Shown piece after piece: positions 25,601 through 36,667 of a DNA stretch of 64,000 nt. A program made the translations under genes and the position numbers. This stretch comes from Halocafeteria seosinensis (taxonomy: Eukaryota): positions 62,001 to 126,000 of the forward strand of contig LVLI01000080.1 of assembly GCA_001687465.1 (NCBI GenBank), read 5' to 3'. Positions within the stretch are counted from its first letter, which is position 1. Every line of letters starts with the position of its first letter. The notes under the pieces were generated by a model. It searched no databases. It had not been told where the DNA came from and worked only from the letters and a program-made list of their open reading frames with translations.

Positions 25601-25805
25601 TGCCTCCACGTACGAATTGTGTTTTCTCAGAGGACCCGCCTTTCTCAAATGATTCGACAAAAGTCTCATAAAGCTGCGCAGCAGCCTCTTTATCCTGCTG
25701 CTCCCTCTGCTGTCGCGCTTGCTTCTCCTGTAAAAACTTGTTGGCATTGGCCTGCTGCTGCTTCGTGCCAGCCTTTTTCAGATTCAATTTGATTTTCGGA
25801 GGCAT
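22698..25805 (-). CDS. U2SURP: U2 snRNP-associated SURP motif protein (SR140/RRC1): RRM, SURP and CID domains
   Basis: DPNSTNIYVGNLAP...VKVMWPRNEEEKARGRN (RRM), IYYRWK (SURP), KVARLYLLNDILHNS (CID) and terminal DIDGVPI repeats. Confidence 0.93.
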   Translation of the reverse strand: MPPKIKLNLKKAGTKQQQANANKFLQEKQARQQREQQDKEAAAQLYETFVESFEKGGSSEKTQFVRGGTINPQDSVQNVFGLGEEDDEEGEGNDKAGDASSTPRKNASNHQSEGQAEQSSTGTSNGQKNSVGSEMDRMMQEMKHRVADPKAGRGTESRGRRSSSPKQQQPTRSTKRPPRAEKKGKTREIDKLMEEIKETSPADSGAGRKAHTVTTSSGRRITLPEGDPNSTNIYVGNLAPTVTEEYLSKKFGKFGELISVKVMWPRNEEEKARGRNTGFVAFNTREQAVDAMASMWDSEIAGQTLKLGWGKPISGARGTTAPGSVNPRVARAGRKRSSDRSPSRSSSDGSSSEQHGDRRRSRNRRRRSRSRSSSGSSGCDRYRKRRRSQSPRRRSPSPIRGRNNFREDEESPRYSSNERTPKKRNAHHPSHEDSLAEKERAEQQRLYGGPEMPDSAPKIVVRPPQDPLRRRHIDRLALYVSKDGQALEDLFISSEREHYNTHGTYNYGFLLERNTPEGIYYRWKTISLVMGDSVKHWRTKPFQLTVGGPWWVPPPLETADQAISKSNESQAGKESSHIAPHSSNERVEYYENADPRMVEDKAYREGSTIDPQPLQVFPPSTERYKRPRNLLGANQMLDKVTGTRSRSGSKRDTDDDAETDINEAWDSGRSWSASDSDCPQNEDDNFGDEETSGDVPHGYTLLSQKEFRKWVRKLRRVSLQRDSICDAMVWALEHASKARSIVDMIRQSMTKRTAPAPTKVARLYLLNDILHNSTASVRNASVYRNAIEDILPVAFEELGWTLRKLYKYAGRITAEAMKNRIQRVLRRWESIGVFPPLFLHGLEATLLWRPDAQPPEEQWENVDESTLNLDDIKQKCKQAGQQSEGLNVNAMLKRIAWVNQFIKKKFSGFDEKPGNSDKVVELENKDWGGSADVESKTENKRAKKLTKRRRNKYAARAGKGSWVSVDETNDAEESSEGTDSDVDGVPLDSEIDGVPIDANNISHDQSQTANSGTAVENDAMEESSDDDEDIDGVPI

Positions 25806-26085
25806 TATTCTTTTTCTGTAGTTTCAGTTACCCTGCCAAACTGAAGGAAATATCCTCCCAGATAATCTACATACTTTGCCTGGTTGTCGGAGGCAACAAA
25901 ATACGTCATGGCGTCCAACTATAAGCCGGGGTCATGATGGCTGATTAGTTGAAGTTGGGTTGTCTGGCGGTATCATATGCATACCGCGTCTATATATAAT
26001 ACACGTCTCCGCAACGCAGTATTGATTGCCGGCCGTAGGGACTGTCGAATTTTATACTCCATTGTGGGGAGATCACCTTCCGAAA

Positions 26086-28720
26086 ATGGGACGAAAAGGG
26101 GCAAAAAAAGGTGGTTCTTTAGTGCATCGAGGCAAGGGCTCCAAGCCCAAGAAGAAGCTGATACGTGCCAAACTCGATATGAGGAAGATGTGTTTGCTCG
26201 ACAATTTTTTACGAAGAGGATGGCATGTCATGGACGACGATGACTCTGGAAATGAAGATGAAGAGGAAGAAAGCAACCAAAAATGGCACTTTTATTGGGC
26301 TACCGTCCAAACAGGTTCGTAGAGGTATCACTATTCGGCTTTATATATGGCCATTGCATTCGTGCTGGAACAACTAACTGTGCCGTACTCATGTTGCTAC
26401 AGTGCGCTACATATTCCACGAGAAAAATGCACGTCTGCGCACGGATCAACGCATTAACCACTTTCCTTCGCATTTTGAACTCACGAGAAAGGACTTGCTT
26501 GTCAAGCATTGCAAACAATACAGAAAAGATATGGAGCGGAAGGGTCTACCTTGTCCCGAAATTGTACCGATTACTTACTACTTGCCACAGGTATGAAACA
26601 GCGTGGTTCCTCTTCGCAGTTCAGCTATATGGAATCACTAACAACCGTTTACGAGTCTCAGGATTACGGCATCTTCGCGGACGAATGTCGGCGGCGGCCG
26701 GATTGGACTTGGATAGTCAAACCAGTGGGTAAAGCGCAGGGAAAAGGAATCTTCTTGGTCAATAAAATAAGTCAAGCGAAACGGTTTCACCCTTCTAACC
26801 GTAAGTGGACGTAGTATTAACTCACCCAGCGCCACACTACTAAGAGCTTGTTTTCCAATAACCATACAGTAAAACGAAATGAATTCGACGCAAAAGCGGA
26901 TGATTCTCGAGAAGAAATGTATGTCGTTAGTCGATATATTGACAAACCGCTGCTAGTGTGTGGAAAGAAGTTCGATCTGAGGCTTTACGTACTTGTCGTG
27001 TACGTAGATCTTGTAGTCATCCCATTTCGAAAGAGGCAAAACACAAGTGGGCAACTATCGGCTTGCAGATCCTTTCATCCCCTCATTGTGTACATACACC
27101 AACAAGGTTTTGCTCGTTTCTGCTCCGTGGAGTACACGTATGGAGAGAGTTCGTCCACGAACTCGTACAATTTCGACGAGCGAGAATCCGCTCGAAAGCA
27201 TGGAAGGGAAGACTATTTGTCGAACGAAGTTGCCGGTGACGTTTCCAGAGCCGAGGCATTGAAAGCAATGGGTGTGACGAACAGTAGTCCCGAAGTAGAA
27301 GAGGAGGGCAAAGCAAACAGTAATGATATAAGCAATTTAGATATGCACTTGACGAACGTTTCGCTACAAGTAAGCTTTTCCCAGACGATGACATGTTCAA
27401 TCGAGATGGTGCATTTTGTTTGCACTTTCCAGAAACACCATGAAGAATACAGTGACTCCCATGGAGGCAAATGGCCCCTTCGACTACTGATTCAATACCT
27501 CCGCTCTACCCGAGGTAAGAATAATCGGAGTCATCCCCTCTATGTGTCTGTTTATGATATCGTCGTCCAAACTGCAGGCCCAGCTGCGACTGAACACTGT
27601 TTAAGTAGGATCAGGGACTTGGTTTATCATTCCTTACGTGCCGTGCAACGTGCAATGACAAGCCCCGAGCAGTGTTTTGAACTCTATGGTTACGACGTAC
27701 TCTTAGACGACAACTTGACCCCTTGGCTTATAGAGGTAAGTCGGCAGCATTAACCCACGTTTTTTCGCCGGAGTAACTATTACTTCGTAACTGCAGGTCA
27801 ATGCATCTCCATCTCTCTCTGCTACTACGGAAGCAGATCGAAGGATGAAGTCTTCTATTGTATCAGATATGCTAGATATTGTGATTCCCGAAACGACTCC
27901 GAAAGTCCCCGTAAGAAGTGAAATTTCGGAGCCCAGACCGCGCCCGACAATCAATGGAGATGAACCTGTGTGTGTGCCTTCTACAACCACAAAGAGTAAC
28001 CGGTTAGATGATGCATCATGGTCGCGACATGCCTCCGTTATCAAAAAGCATAATAAGCTCCAAAAAAAGATTTTTCAACCCCCAAGCCTACCTTCCACGG
28101 AGGAAGAGAAGCGACTTTTTCAGACTGCGTTTCAGGGTGTCGAAACAGAGTCATTCCCCCCTCGCGCAAGCAGCAATGCATATCAGAGCCGGGCTAATCA
28201 GGATATTGACGATGAAGAACTGACCGCTGGTCCTGAAGCAGAGGCAGAAACCACGAACTCAAAGCACAAAAAGGTTGCCGCGGCGGGTGCGAAGTATCGA
28301 GGGACTGTCCAAGAGAGACAACGGGCACTGCGGCGTGCAAACGAGGTAGAAGGCTATTCGGATGACACGGAAGACTCCTCTGACTCATCTGAAGAAGAGG
28401 AAGACACCGTCGAAGCTCCTGCCAGAGACAAAATTGAAACCGAAGAACGGCAGAAAAAGCTTAACCGGCCGAGGCCTCCTGATAAAAACGATGTGCACGG
28501 TGAATGGAAAGATGACGAATTTGAATGGAAACCTCATCGTCAGAATCAATTTGAACTCTTATTCGACGAAAGAAAAGCACAAAAAAAGTGTCGCGTTTTG
28601 GGGGATGCTGGTTTACCTGTTGACCAAAGTTATAGACTACGTGCTAGTGATGAGCCGCGCGTAGGTGTGAAAACGATTCGCCAAGGGCAACTCAAGGAAG
28701 GCAGCAATAACGTGGTGTAG
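26086..28720 (+). CDS. Tubulin polyglutamylase, TTLL1/TTLL9-like
   Basis: INHFPSHFELTRKDLLVK, WIVKPVGKAQGKGIFL, YIDKPLLVCGKKFDLRLYVLV, HLTNVSLQK and [28 protein letters not shown]; seven GT-AG introns. Confidence 0.92.
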
Positions 28721-28853
28721 CTCTGTAGTAATGCCTTACTATTCACTGCACTTAAGAATAATTGATAGTTCCCCTTTCGAATGTGGACACGCTTTTGCCG
28801 TCTTGTGATACAGCACCACCGTAGCTTTGACATGTACGCCCTGACACGTTTGT

Positions 28854-29263
28854 TTACCTACTCATATTCGATACTTTCAGCATTCTTGCCACTCGTTTTT
28901 TATCTGTAGGGTGTACACGGGCTGTCTTTCCTAACTCGTTCACCCTCTTGCGCTCCATGTGCACATTAAGATGCTGTATTCCAGATTGATTCCTGAAAAA
29001 GCTCCCCTTCTTATTACGTCGAAAGCGCTTCTTCGCCGCCGATTTCGTCTTTAACTGCACCTTGCATAGCAGAGACAAACTACTTCGCATACGCCATAGT
29101 GCACATTGTTTCAATGATGCCCTACCTTGTATGACATAAATTGCTTCTGGGACTGCTCCATGCAGGGTACAGCCGCCATTCGGGGAACCATATGCCCGGC
29201 ATAGGGATGCAGATTGCCTCCGAAGAGTCGTCGAGACGAAGCTGCCTGTAATATCTTGAGCAT
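28854..29263 (-). CDS. MRPL35: Mitochondrial ribosomal protein bL35m
   Basis: Exon 1 (29263-29126) gives presequence-like MLKILQAASSRRLFGG...SYK. Intron 29055-29125. Exon 2 LKTKSAAKKRFRRNKKGSFFRNQSGIQHLN...RKRVNELGK matches bL35. Confidence 0.8.
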
Positions 29264-29554
29264 TTTATGTTTTGCTAGCTATGTATACCTCATCCAAACC
29301 TATATATCGCTGGTCTAACAATACCTAGGTACCTTGCACTTGAATTGAAGCCTACATAGAATTCGTGTCTTGTGTCACGAACACTACTCAAAACCAAGGT
29401 TTTTGGGGCGGTATAGATTTCTTGAACAAATGTGTGTGTACAAAATATGCTACATCGGGGGAGGAGCCATGCCTGCGCCCACAATGTCAGAGATACCGAC
29501 AAGGCTCAGTCTGGCAGGAGAAGACCCTGAGCCTGCCACAGCGGCGCCAGTCGT

Positions 29555-30173
29555 CAGGACGCACGCTGTTGCAGAGATTGCAGATGAAAAAGCAACAGTT
29601 TTCGTATCACTTCCCTTTTCGACGATCACGAGAAGAAGGAACCATCTCTACTGGTATCAGTATGTCCTCATCTTCATCCTGGAGCTTAGTCGCTCAACAT
29701 CGTACACAGTCTGGTCTTTACGCATGGTCGTGCCGTATTGGAAACTGAGAAAGGCATGACCTTTTTCGGACTAATAACCACATTGTCAAAAGATGACTGG
29801 CGATATTTTACCATAATAGCCAACGTTTGTTCTCATTTGGTGGCAGATACTGGTTTAGAGGACCTCAAGTTTATGGATACTTAGACCAACGTACGCTAAC
29901 ATTTGTAACAATATAAAGTTATTTTAGTAATCATTGATTTGGTGTGACATTGAAAAGCTTTTAGTTTAGTTTGCCACCATAAGAATTAGTCCAATTCATC
30001 GAATCCTCTAAGCAATATTGCTCCGAATTTTCAGAGTTTCAAACCGATTGTTTTCGGATTCTTTTCTCTTCTTTTCTTCGTAATACTGTATTTACGAAGT
30101 TCCTCTGGACCCAGCCAGGACGCACGTTGTTGCAGAGATTGCAGATGAAAATGCAACGGATTTTGTGTCATTT
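29555..30173. repeat. Dispersed direct duplication (29555-29612 and 30116-30173)
   Basis: CAGGACGCACG(C/T)TGTTGCAGAGATTGCAGATGAAAA(A/T)GCAAC, 40/42 identical, with weaker similarity for a further 16 nt. Confidence 0.85.
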
Positions 30174-30582
30174 GCCCAACTTCAACATACGAAAGGTGTA
30201 AGATACGTAGCCAGACTGCGTAGAAATAAGGTAGTCTGCACCTGTTAGCAGAAGCAAGCAATTCCAAGACATACGTGCCACTTCAGCTCAACCTGCTGCA
30301 ATACCAACCAGTTGTGTGGTAGAAAAGAGAATCCGGTCGCAAGCTCCCGGTCGCAACAAGTATAAATAACGATGCATGCTCGATCTTCATCAACCACATG
30401 TTTGTTAGAATACGTGTACAGACAAAGTTGTGAGAGCAATACACAGCATACCCTGTACGGTTGTCCGAAGTTTCCAGGGTAGCAGATAGTTGATTTTCGA
30501 AGGGTACGGTGCTGCAGGAGTTGGTCGCGCGCAACATATCCGCTTCACGGTGTACGTGCGTGTTGCTCACTTCTAGTACACA

Positions 30583-32892
30583 ATGAGGCTTAAAGTAAAA
30601 ATTGATGACCTCCCTGACTTTGAAATACCGGTCGGGGAAGGCAGACAGACGATAAAATGGTTATGTTGGGCAGCCATGCAGCGCGCGAGAACTATGAAAC
30701 CGGGAGGATGTCTACGTGTTCGGGAAGAGAATCTACTACGCGCTCAACCACACGCTGTCTGGAAAGTAGCAGCGAACTCAAATTATAGACCGAATTCAGA
30801 CCAGGAGATGGAAGATGGATCGCTCAAACCGAGTCTAATAATAGCGGATGTCTTGGAGGATGGCGACCAGGTAAGTCACACACCAGTTGGATTGTATTTA
30901 CGGGCACAACTGGGTATACGCTAGGTGTGGGTGCTGCCAATGCTCAGATTCACCTATCACTAAGGAAAAATTCCCGACCGGATAAAGATGGGATCTCTCC
31001 GCAGTCGACATGGAAGAAAAGTGCTAGTAAGATGAGCTCAGTTGATTTTTCAAAGAGCCCCGCTAGCGAAAACTCCATCGGGAATCAACTAATGATGAAC
31101 CTCCCCAATTCACATCCCAAGAATCTATCTCCCAGAAAACCTGAACCCCAAAAAGAAATTGAACCGACAGTATCCTATAATCACTGGAAGAATATACGAT
31201 GGCTACCGGCATACACCCAGCAAACGGAAGATGACGTGCGCTTGCAAAGAGACTTGGTGGATGAAGTATGGAAGGACGTTTACGTTGTTAAGCGGAGCTC
31301 TTCTCTGGAAGAGAAAAATACTATCAAAAACGTGCTTTATTCAAAATTTAACCATATTTTTAATGTATTCCGATTCTATAGTGAGCCCTTTGGTAACCAT
31401 GGCGCGACATTCCTGAACGAGAACAAAATACCTGAGATGGGATTATCTGACTATTTAACGTTCCTTCAAGACAACGACATCATAACAAAGGAGAACAGTC
31501 GTTGGTTTCGAGCGCGCGTATTGATTGCCCGCGCTTACAGCATACGCATAAAGGACCTTCGTCGGTTGGAAGGCATGCGAACTGCTACGGACCTGTTTCA
31601 GGACGACACAGTTTCACCTAGGGAACCACGGTCTCCAAGGAGTGACTCAAAAACCGATGACAAGTATCCATCAGTTTCTTTATCTTTTTTCATCGATCTT
31701 ATTGCTGAGACCGCTGCTGCTATATATGCTTCACCGACAGAAGAAGGCAAACCCTCTTCCCCTCGCTCAAGTCGCCTGCAAGAATACAAGGGCATTTTTG
31801 TCGAGGGTTATCGACCAAGTGATCGAGCGAAATGGCCCCATTTCTCCTCTACCATGCTGTCAGATTTCTGTGATAAATATTTGGCGCCTAAGAGCGTGAA
31901 GACGGGGAATCGACATGGAATACGCTCTGTGCTTTTGGATAGATCAGTTTGCCGCCGTATATCGGAAAACATGGGTTCTTTACGACAAGCGTTTGTTGAG
32001 TGGTGTGCTATGGAAAGCACTGATCAGTCCGATGGCGCTTCAGGTAAGGAGTACTCCCAGTCAAAGAGTCGGAGACAAGGGCGAAGAGGTAGCGGCACGG
32101 GTGAGGCGAAGAAGTCGTCCAACATAACAGGACTGAAGATGTCGTTCCAGCTCTTTGAAAAGGCACTCCACACTTGCCAGCTGTATCATCCTCAAGAAGA
32201 CAATATCGTCGTGTCGAGCGTAGAGAACACGACTTACCCTCCAATAGAGATGGATGTTAAAGAAATGGAGCGTTCTTTCGAGGAGAGCACCTCTGCAGCC
32301 TCTGCGTTCAAGTCCTCTATGCTGTACGACCTTGATGATGGAAGGACTTTAAACTACGATGATGTCGCTCTCAGTTTTATTTCCTCTCACGTATGTGTGC
32401 ACTGAAAGCGTTTGAGTTACTGCCGGTGTTTCTGCGGCAATCGTTCTTGGTTTCGTGCAGGTGAAAGATGAAGCTCTTTTAGGGTTCAACTACCTTGCAC
32501 AAGACTCTATGGTTTCCCTTTTTGACACTGGTGAAGAGTTTCCATATTGTAGTCCGAAGAAAGCTGAAACGTACCGAGCGAAACCCAGCACGGATCTAAC
32601 ATCCTCCAAATCCGGAGCTAGTAGCCACAGCTTTAGTTGGCGTGACGTGGACCAGTCCGTTTGGAGAAAAGAATTCCAGGCCAACGCTGAGACAGGAAAG
32701 GTTAAGCTCTGTTTTACGGAATTTGCAGAAGCGCTGATGAGACTAGGATTCCTAAAATTCGAAAATACAAGGCTCTCACCAGCTGTAAGTCTCCACAATC
32801 TCATACCATTGTTCTATATCCTATGATTTATTGTTCGCCCACAGGAAAAAATCGGAAGGATATTTGATATGGTAGCAGTAAGAAAGGGTTAG
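30583..32892 (+). CDS. Uncharacterised protein with a Par3/HAL-N-like (PB1-like) N-terminal domain and an EF-hand-like C-terminal motif
   Basis: MRLKVKID...FEIPVGEGRQTIKWLCWAAMQR...IIADVLEDGDQ resembles the HAL/Par3 N-terminal domain; LCFTEFAEALMRLG near the end; three introns; last exon ends at TAG 32890-32892. Confidence 0.65.
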
Positions 32893-35258
32893 TCTTCAAT
32901 TTCTTCTGAATTTTCATCAGGAGAAGCACCAAGTGTTTGACCATTTCCCGACAAATTTATCCCATAGTCCCACGAGAAACGCTTAGTCTCAGTCGTACTC
33001 CCATACGAGCATGCTGATTGTATTAGTTTGCGCTCGAGATCCGGTGCCTCCAGTGCTGCCGGACTCTGATACGAGATCAGTCTGTGCAAGTACGGTATTT
33101 TCCACAAGCATCGATTACGGGATGTATCAAAACAACAACGGGATTCTCTCATTTCTACACTCTGACGGTCTTCGTTGTTCGCTCCATGTACCCACTCACT
33201 CTTAACCCCATGGCTCCACCCCAATCCTCCAAAAGCGATCCACCGATAATTGTTTCTTCGATGCCTTTCCATTTCAAACGCTGCTGGCTTAGATAATTTC
33301 TTAAAGCCACTTGAAAGAGGTGAATGGTTGTAACTGCTGATGGAGCGACTGAATATGCAATTAGCATAAGAATCAGGAAAAATTGCCTGCCCTGTGTTAT
33401 GCGTTGTATCTGTCTCCAAGCTTTGTTCATGCCCTCTCAGTGAAGCTGCATTTCGTCCAGAAAGCCCACTTCTGTATTTGCTGCTTTGTATAACATCACC
33501 GATACAAAGTGAATCCATTGTTCTGGAGAGAGTATCTACGCCAGCGAAGAGTTCAGCGCAGTTCTCGTGCATGAAGGATGCCAGGGCGCCTGGATCCAGT
33601 CCACTGTCAGCTGCAATTTGTTCATGATCATTTTCCAATTCACCTCGTTCGTTTCGTTTGGCATACAATAGCTTTCCTAAGCTATGTAGCATTCCAACAA
33701 AACGATCGCGGCCGCAACTCGGAGCAGAGCTCGCGCCTGACTTGTGTCCGCCATGCGTCCAGAAATACAAGGTGTAAATAGCATGCCTCAAATCTCCATT
33801 CGCAGATTGTATAGCGTGCTCAATAGGCTGCGACGTCCGAGTATCTCTCTTGCCACGAGATTTCCGCTGATTTCCCTCCAATAGGCTCCACAGCACGGAT
33901 TTCATACGCGCATTTGTCACAGGCCGAACCTCCATGATTGTCGTTCGGGAATGATTCGCCACTTCGTTTGAAACAAGCTTATGAACAGTGTTGGCAGAAG
34001 GAGAATCTTCATCTTGGTCCCCTGAACTGATAATTACAACAAGGGGATACTTTCCATAAGTTAGGTACTTCCTTAAACCTTCCTCAACTTGACGTCTCAC
34101 GTATTCCCGGGTTTCCACTGATGAATTGCTCCCGCGTGGAACGTCATGCAGAAGCAGGAGATGTGGCATACCACCGGTGTTATCGGCAGAAGCATTTTCG
34201 CCTTCCGCAAGAAGCAACGATGGGAACTGGGAAGAAGCAGAAAGGAAGGATTTAAAACTTGCCAATACGGAAACATAGTCGAATCGCAGCTCTGGGGTAT
34301 TTTCATTTGGAGAACCGCCTCGAGAGCCATTGTCAATCCACTCCATGGATTCAATTCCCAGAGACTTGGTAAGAACACTAATGGCTGTGCTCTTTCCAAC
34401 CCCTGGAGGTCCCACAAGGAAGAGTAAAGAGGGCGTCGCGTGCTGAAGACTGTTATGGACTGCGGTCTCTAGCCACGTCCGAAGTTCACGTAATTTCTTT
34501 GGACGGATACATAGTTCCTCCGGGGTATTTGGGGGATCAAAAAACTGCCCATGGGAGGAAAGTGAACCGCCACTAGTGTCATGATGTTGATCTGCACGGT
34601 TGGTGTCTTTCCGATGAGGTTTAGACGAGACCCGCTTTGCTTTTGGTTCAGCGACACGGGGCTCCTCCAACCTACAAGGAGAATCTTCCTGCGTTGCCAG
34701 TACTGGCTCCAATGAGAGACCATTCGTTCTCGATAAACCTATCGTTTTGGAGTCTGAGCGTTGCTTCGACTTCGAGGAGCAATGTTTAGCAGCATTATAA
34801 CTACTCATCCGTCCCTCGTTATGCATGTCGTTAATGCGCTCCACATCCACTTGCTTCTGATGCTTGCTTCGCCGGGAAGAAGCTTGCTTTCTTCGCTCCT
34901 CATTTAGGTTGCACGTCGTCCATCGAGAGAGATTTTCTCCTTCTTGATCTGCATTTGTACTCGTTGTAGACCTTATACGTTTACGTCGATTCCTGAACAC
35001 CTGAGCCCCCGTTTGAACATCATCATCTTCGTCGTCCTCTTCCTCCTCCTCACCTGAAGATCCCGAGTACGTTCTGTTTTCTTTGTTGTATCCCTCTAGA
35101 CTCTCTGCTGACGCTCTTGACTGCGTCGTCCGTAATGACTGTGAACTGAACCCCGGTGTGGACCGAGCGCATACAGTCTCCTCTTCCAGATCTACATCAT
35201 CATTATCCTCTTGCGTTAAGTCAATTACCTCACGATTGGAAGCCGATGAAGACAGCAT
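32889..35258 (-). CDS. RAD17: Checkpoint clamp loader RAD17/Rad24 (AAA+)
   Basis: PNTPEELCIRPKKLRELRTWL, Walker A GPPGVGKST, GDLRHAI and GRDRFVGMLHSLGKLLYAKR motifs. Confidence 0.9.
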   Translation of the reverse strand: MLSSSASNREVIDLTQEDNDDVDLEEETVCARSTPGFSSQSLRTTQSRASAESLEGYNKENRTYSGSSGEEEEEDDEDDDVQTGAQVFRNRRKRIRSTTSTNADQEGENLSRWTTCNLNEERRKQASSRRSKHQKQVDVERINDMHNEGRMSSYNAAKHCSSKSKQRSDSKTIGLSRTNGLSLEPVLATQEDSPCRLEEPRVAEPKAKRVSSKPHRKDTNRADQHHDTSGGSLSSHGQFFDPPNTPEELCIRPKKLRELRTWLETAVHNSLQHATPSLLFLVGPPGVGKSTAISVLTKSLGIESMEWIDNGSRGGSPNENTPELRFDYVSVLASFKSFLSASSQFPSLLLAEGENASADNTGGMPHLLLLHDVPRGSNSSVETREYVRRQVEEGLRKYLTYGKYPLVVIISSGDQDEDSPSANTVHKLVSNEVANHSRTTIMEVRPVTNARMKSVLWSLLEGNQRKSRGKRDTRTSQPIEHAIQSANGDLRHAIYTLYFWTHGGHKSGASSAPSCGRDRFVGMLHSLGKLLYAKRNERGELENDHEQIAADSGLDPGALASFMHENCAELFAGVDTLSRTMDSLCIGDVIQSSKYRSGLSGRNAASLRGHEQSLETDTTHNTGQAIFPDSYANCIFSRSISSYNHSPLSSGFKKLSKPAAFEMERHRRNNYRWIAFGGLGWSHGVKSEWVHGANNEDRQSVEMRESRCCFDTSRNRCLWKIPYLHRLISYQSPAALEAPDLERKLIQSACSYGSTTETKRFSWDYGINLSGNGQTLGASPDENSEEIED

Positions 35259-35433
35259 ACTATCTATACATTAACAAGGGGCCGTTGACGCATCTCACAA
35301 ATGCTATTGAACCTGACAAACCCTCTGTATGACCTCTATATAAGGCCCAATGACTGCCTCCAGCAGTGCTAGTTGAACCTTTTGCCCGAGGATTGTCAGC
35401 TTATACACGCGATTCACCTTGATATAGCCAAAA

Positions 35434-36608
35434 ATGGCAGGTCGATTATACGGGACAGAGGGGTTTCAACCCCGTAAAATTATATTCCAAATATTGCTCA
35501 TGCAAATTGTGTTTTATGTGGGCTATTTTTCATGGCTTACAGTGCTCCATTTCCTCTTTGGAACTCCCGTAGATATCAAATTAGTGCTTTCATACACCGC
35601 CATTACGACGCATACGTCGTATGGATGGGCAGCAATTATGTCCATGTTTGTTGCCGGAATCGTAGCGTAAGTACACAGGAATTCTGGAGAAGTGGAAGAA
35701 ATGGTTTTACACGTACCACCTGGATTGAAATTGCAGGTCCTATGGCATGGGATACATTGTGGAGCGAGCAAAGAAATGCGCCGATTTCACATTCACTTTA
35801 TATTTTTGGCATACGGTATTCTCTATCTGCTACGGGGTTAGTAACACTTTTCGTCGTGGCACGGCAGCCACCCACTTCCTTAAACGATTGCTTTACGCAG
35901 GGCTTCCCTATAGCATGGGATTGGTGGGTAGTCCATCTAGTATCTATGATAGTAACAGGATTGCTTGGGGAACATTTTTGTATGAGGCGTGAAATGGAAG
36001 ATATCTCCGTAGACCAGATTGTTGCCCGGCGAAGCAGTCAAGATTCCAAGAAGCAAGACGTATCTACTAAAGCGGGGAACAGCCACGCCAACGGAGCAGA
36101 AAACCGGAATGGCTCGAGTGCAGCAGCAGCAGCTTCTGCTATGCCTTACAAGAATGGAACAGTCGGTGTTGCAGATCTTAGTCATCACCAAGTGTCTGCT
36201 GATCAACGTAAGGATGCTGGTGTTTGACGCTGTACTTTCGACAGCCATCACAGCATTCTCTGGTACGCTACAGAGAGGGACCTCGAAAAGCAACCACTCT
36301 TGCAGAAAAATGATTCTGACGTAGATTTGCGTTCAGGCATGGATACAAAGCATAAAGTCATACCGGAAACGGACGGTGCAGGAAGTGGTGCTTCAGCAAG
36401 AACTCGTCGAACTGCTGCAACTGGGGAGTCCGAAGTGCCTGCAAGTGGCCCATCCCCCAGTAAGGACAGAAGGTCTTCCTCGTCAGGCGGGATCGATACA
36501 GCTTCGGAGCCCCAATCAATGTTTGAAAAATTGAAGAGCCGATGGCCGGGCGTTACGCGAGCATTCGGTGTTTCAACTGCTGACGGTAGAGAGTCGCCCC
36601 CGAGCTAG
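35434..36608 (+). CDS. SYS1: SYS1 Golgi membrane protein with a long disordered C-terminal extension
   Basis: FQPRKIIFQILLMQ, YIVERAKKCADFTFTLY and FPIAWDWW...LLGEHFCMRREMEDI; three introns, the last near 36208-36273 joining in frame to the 36300-36608 ORF. Confidence 0.85.
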
Positions 36609-36667
36609 TCTACATTATCTCGTGGTATATTCAGGTACTACATTAACATTATGTTGAATCCGAACTG

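Noticed and set aside
30116..30248. DDE transposase remnant (KGVRYVARLRRNKVV)
   Set aside because: Too short, with no catalytic motifs, terminal inverted repeats or target-site duplication.
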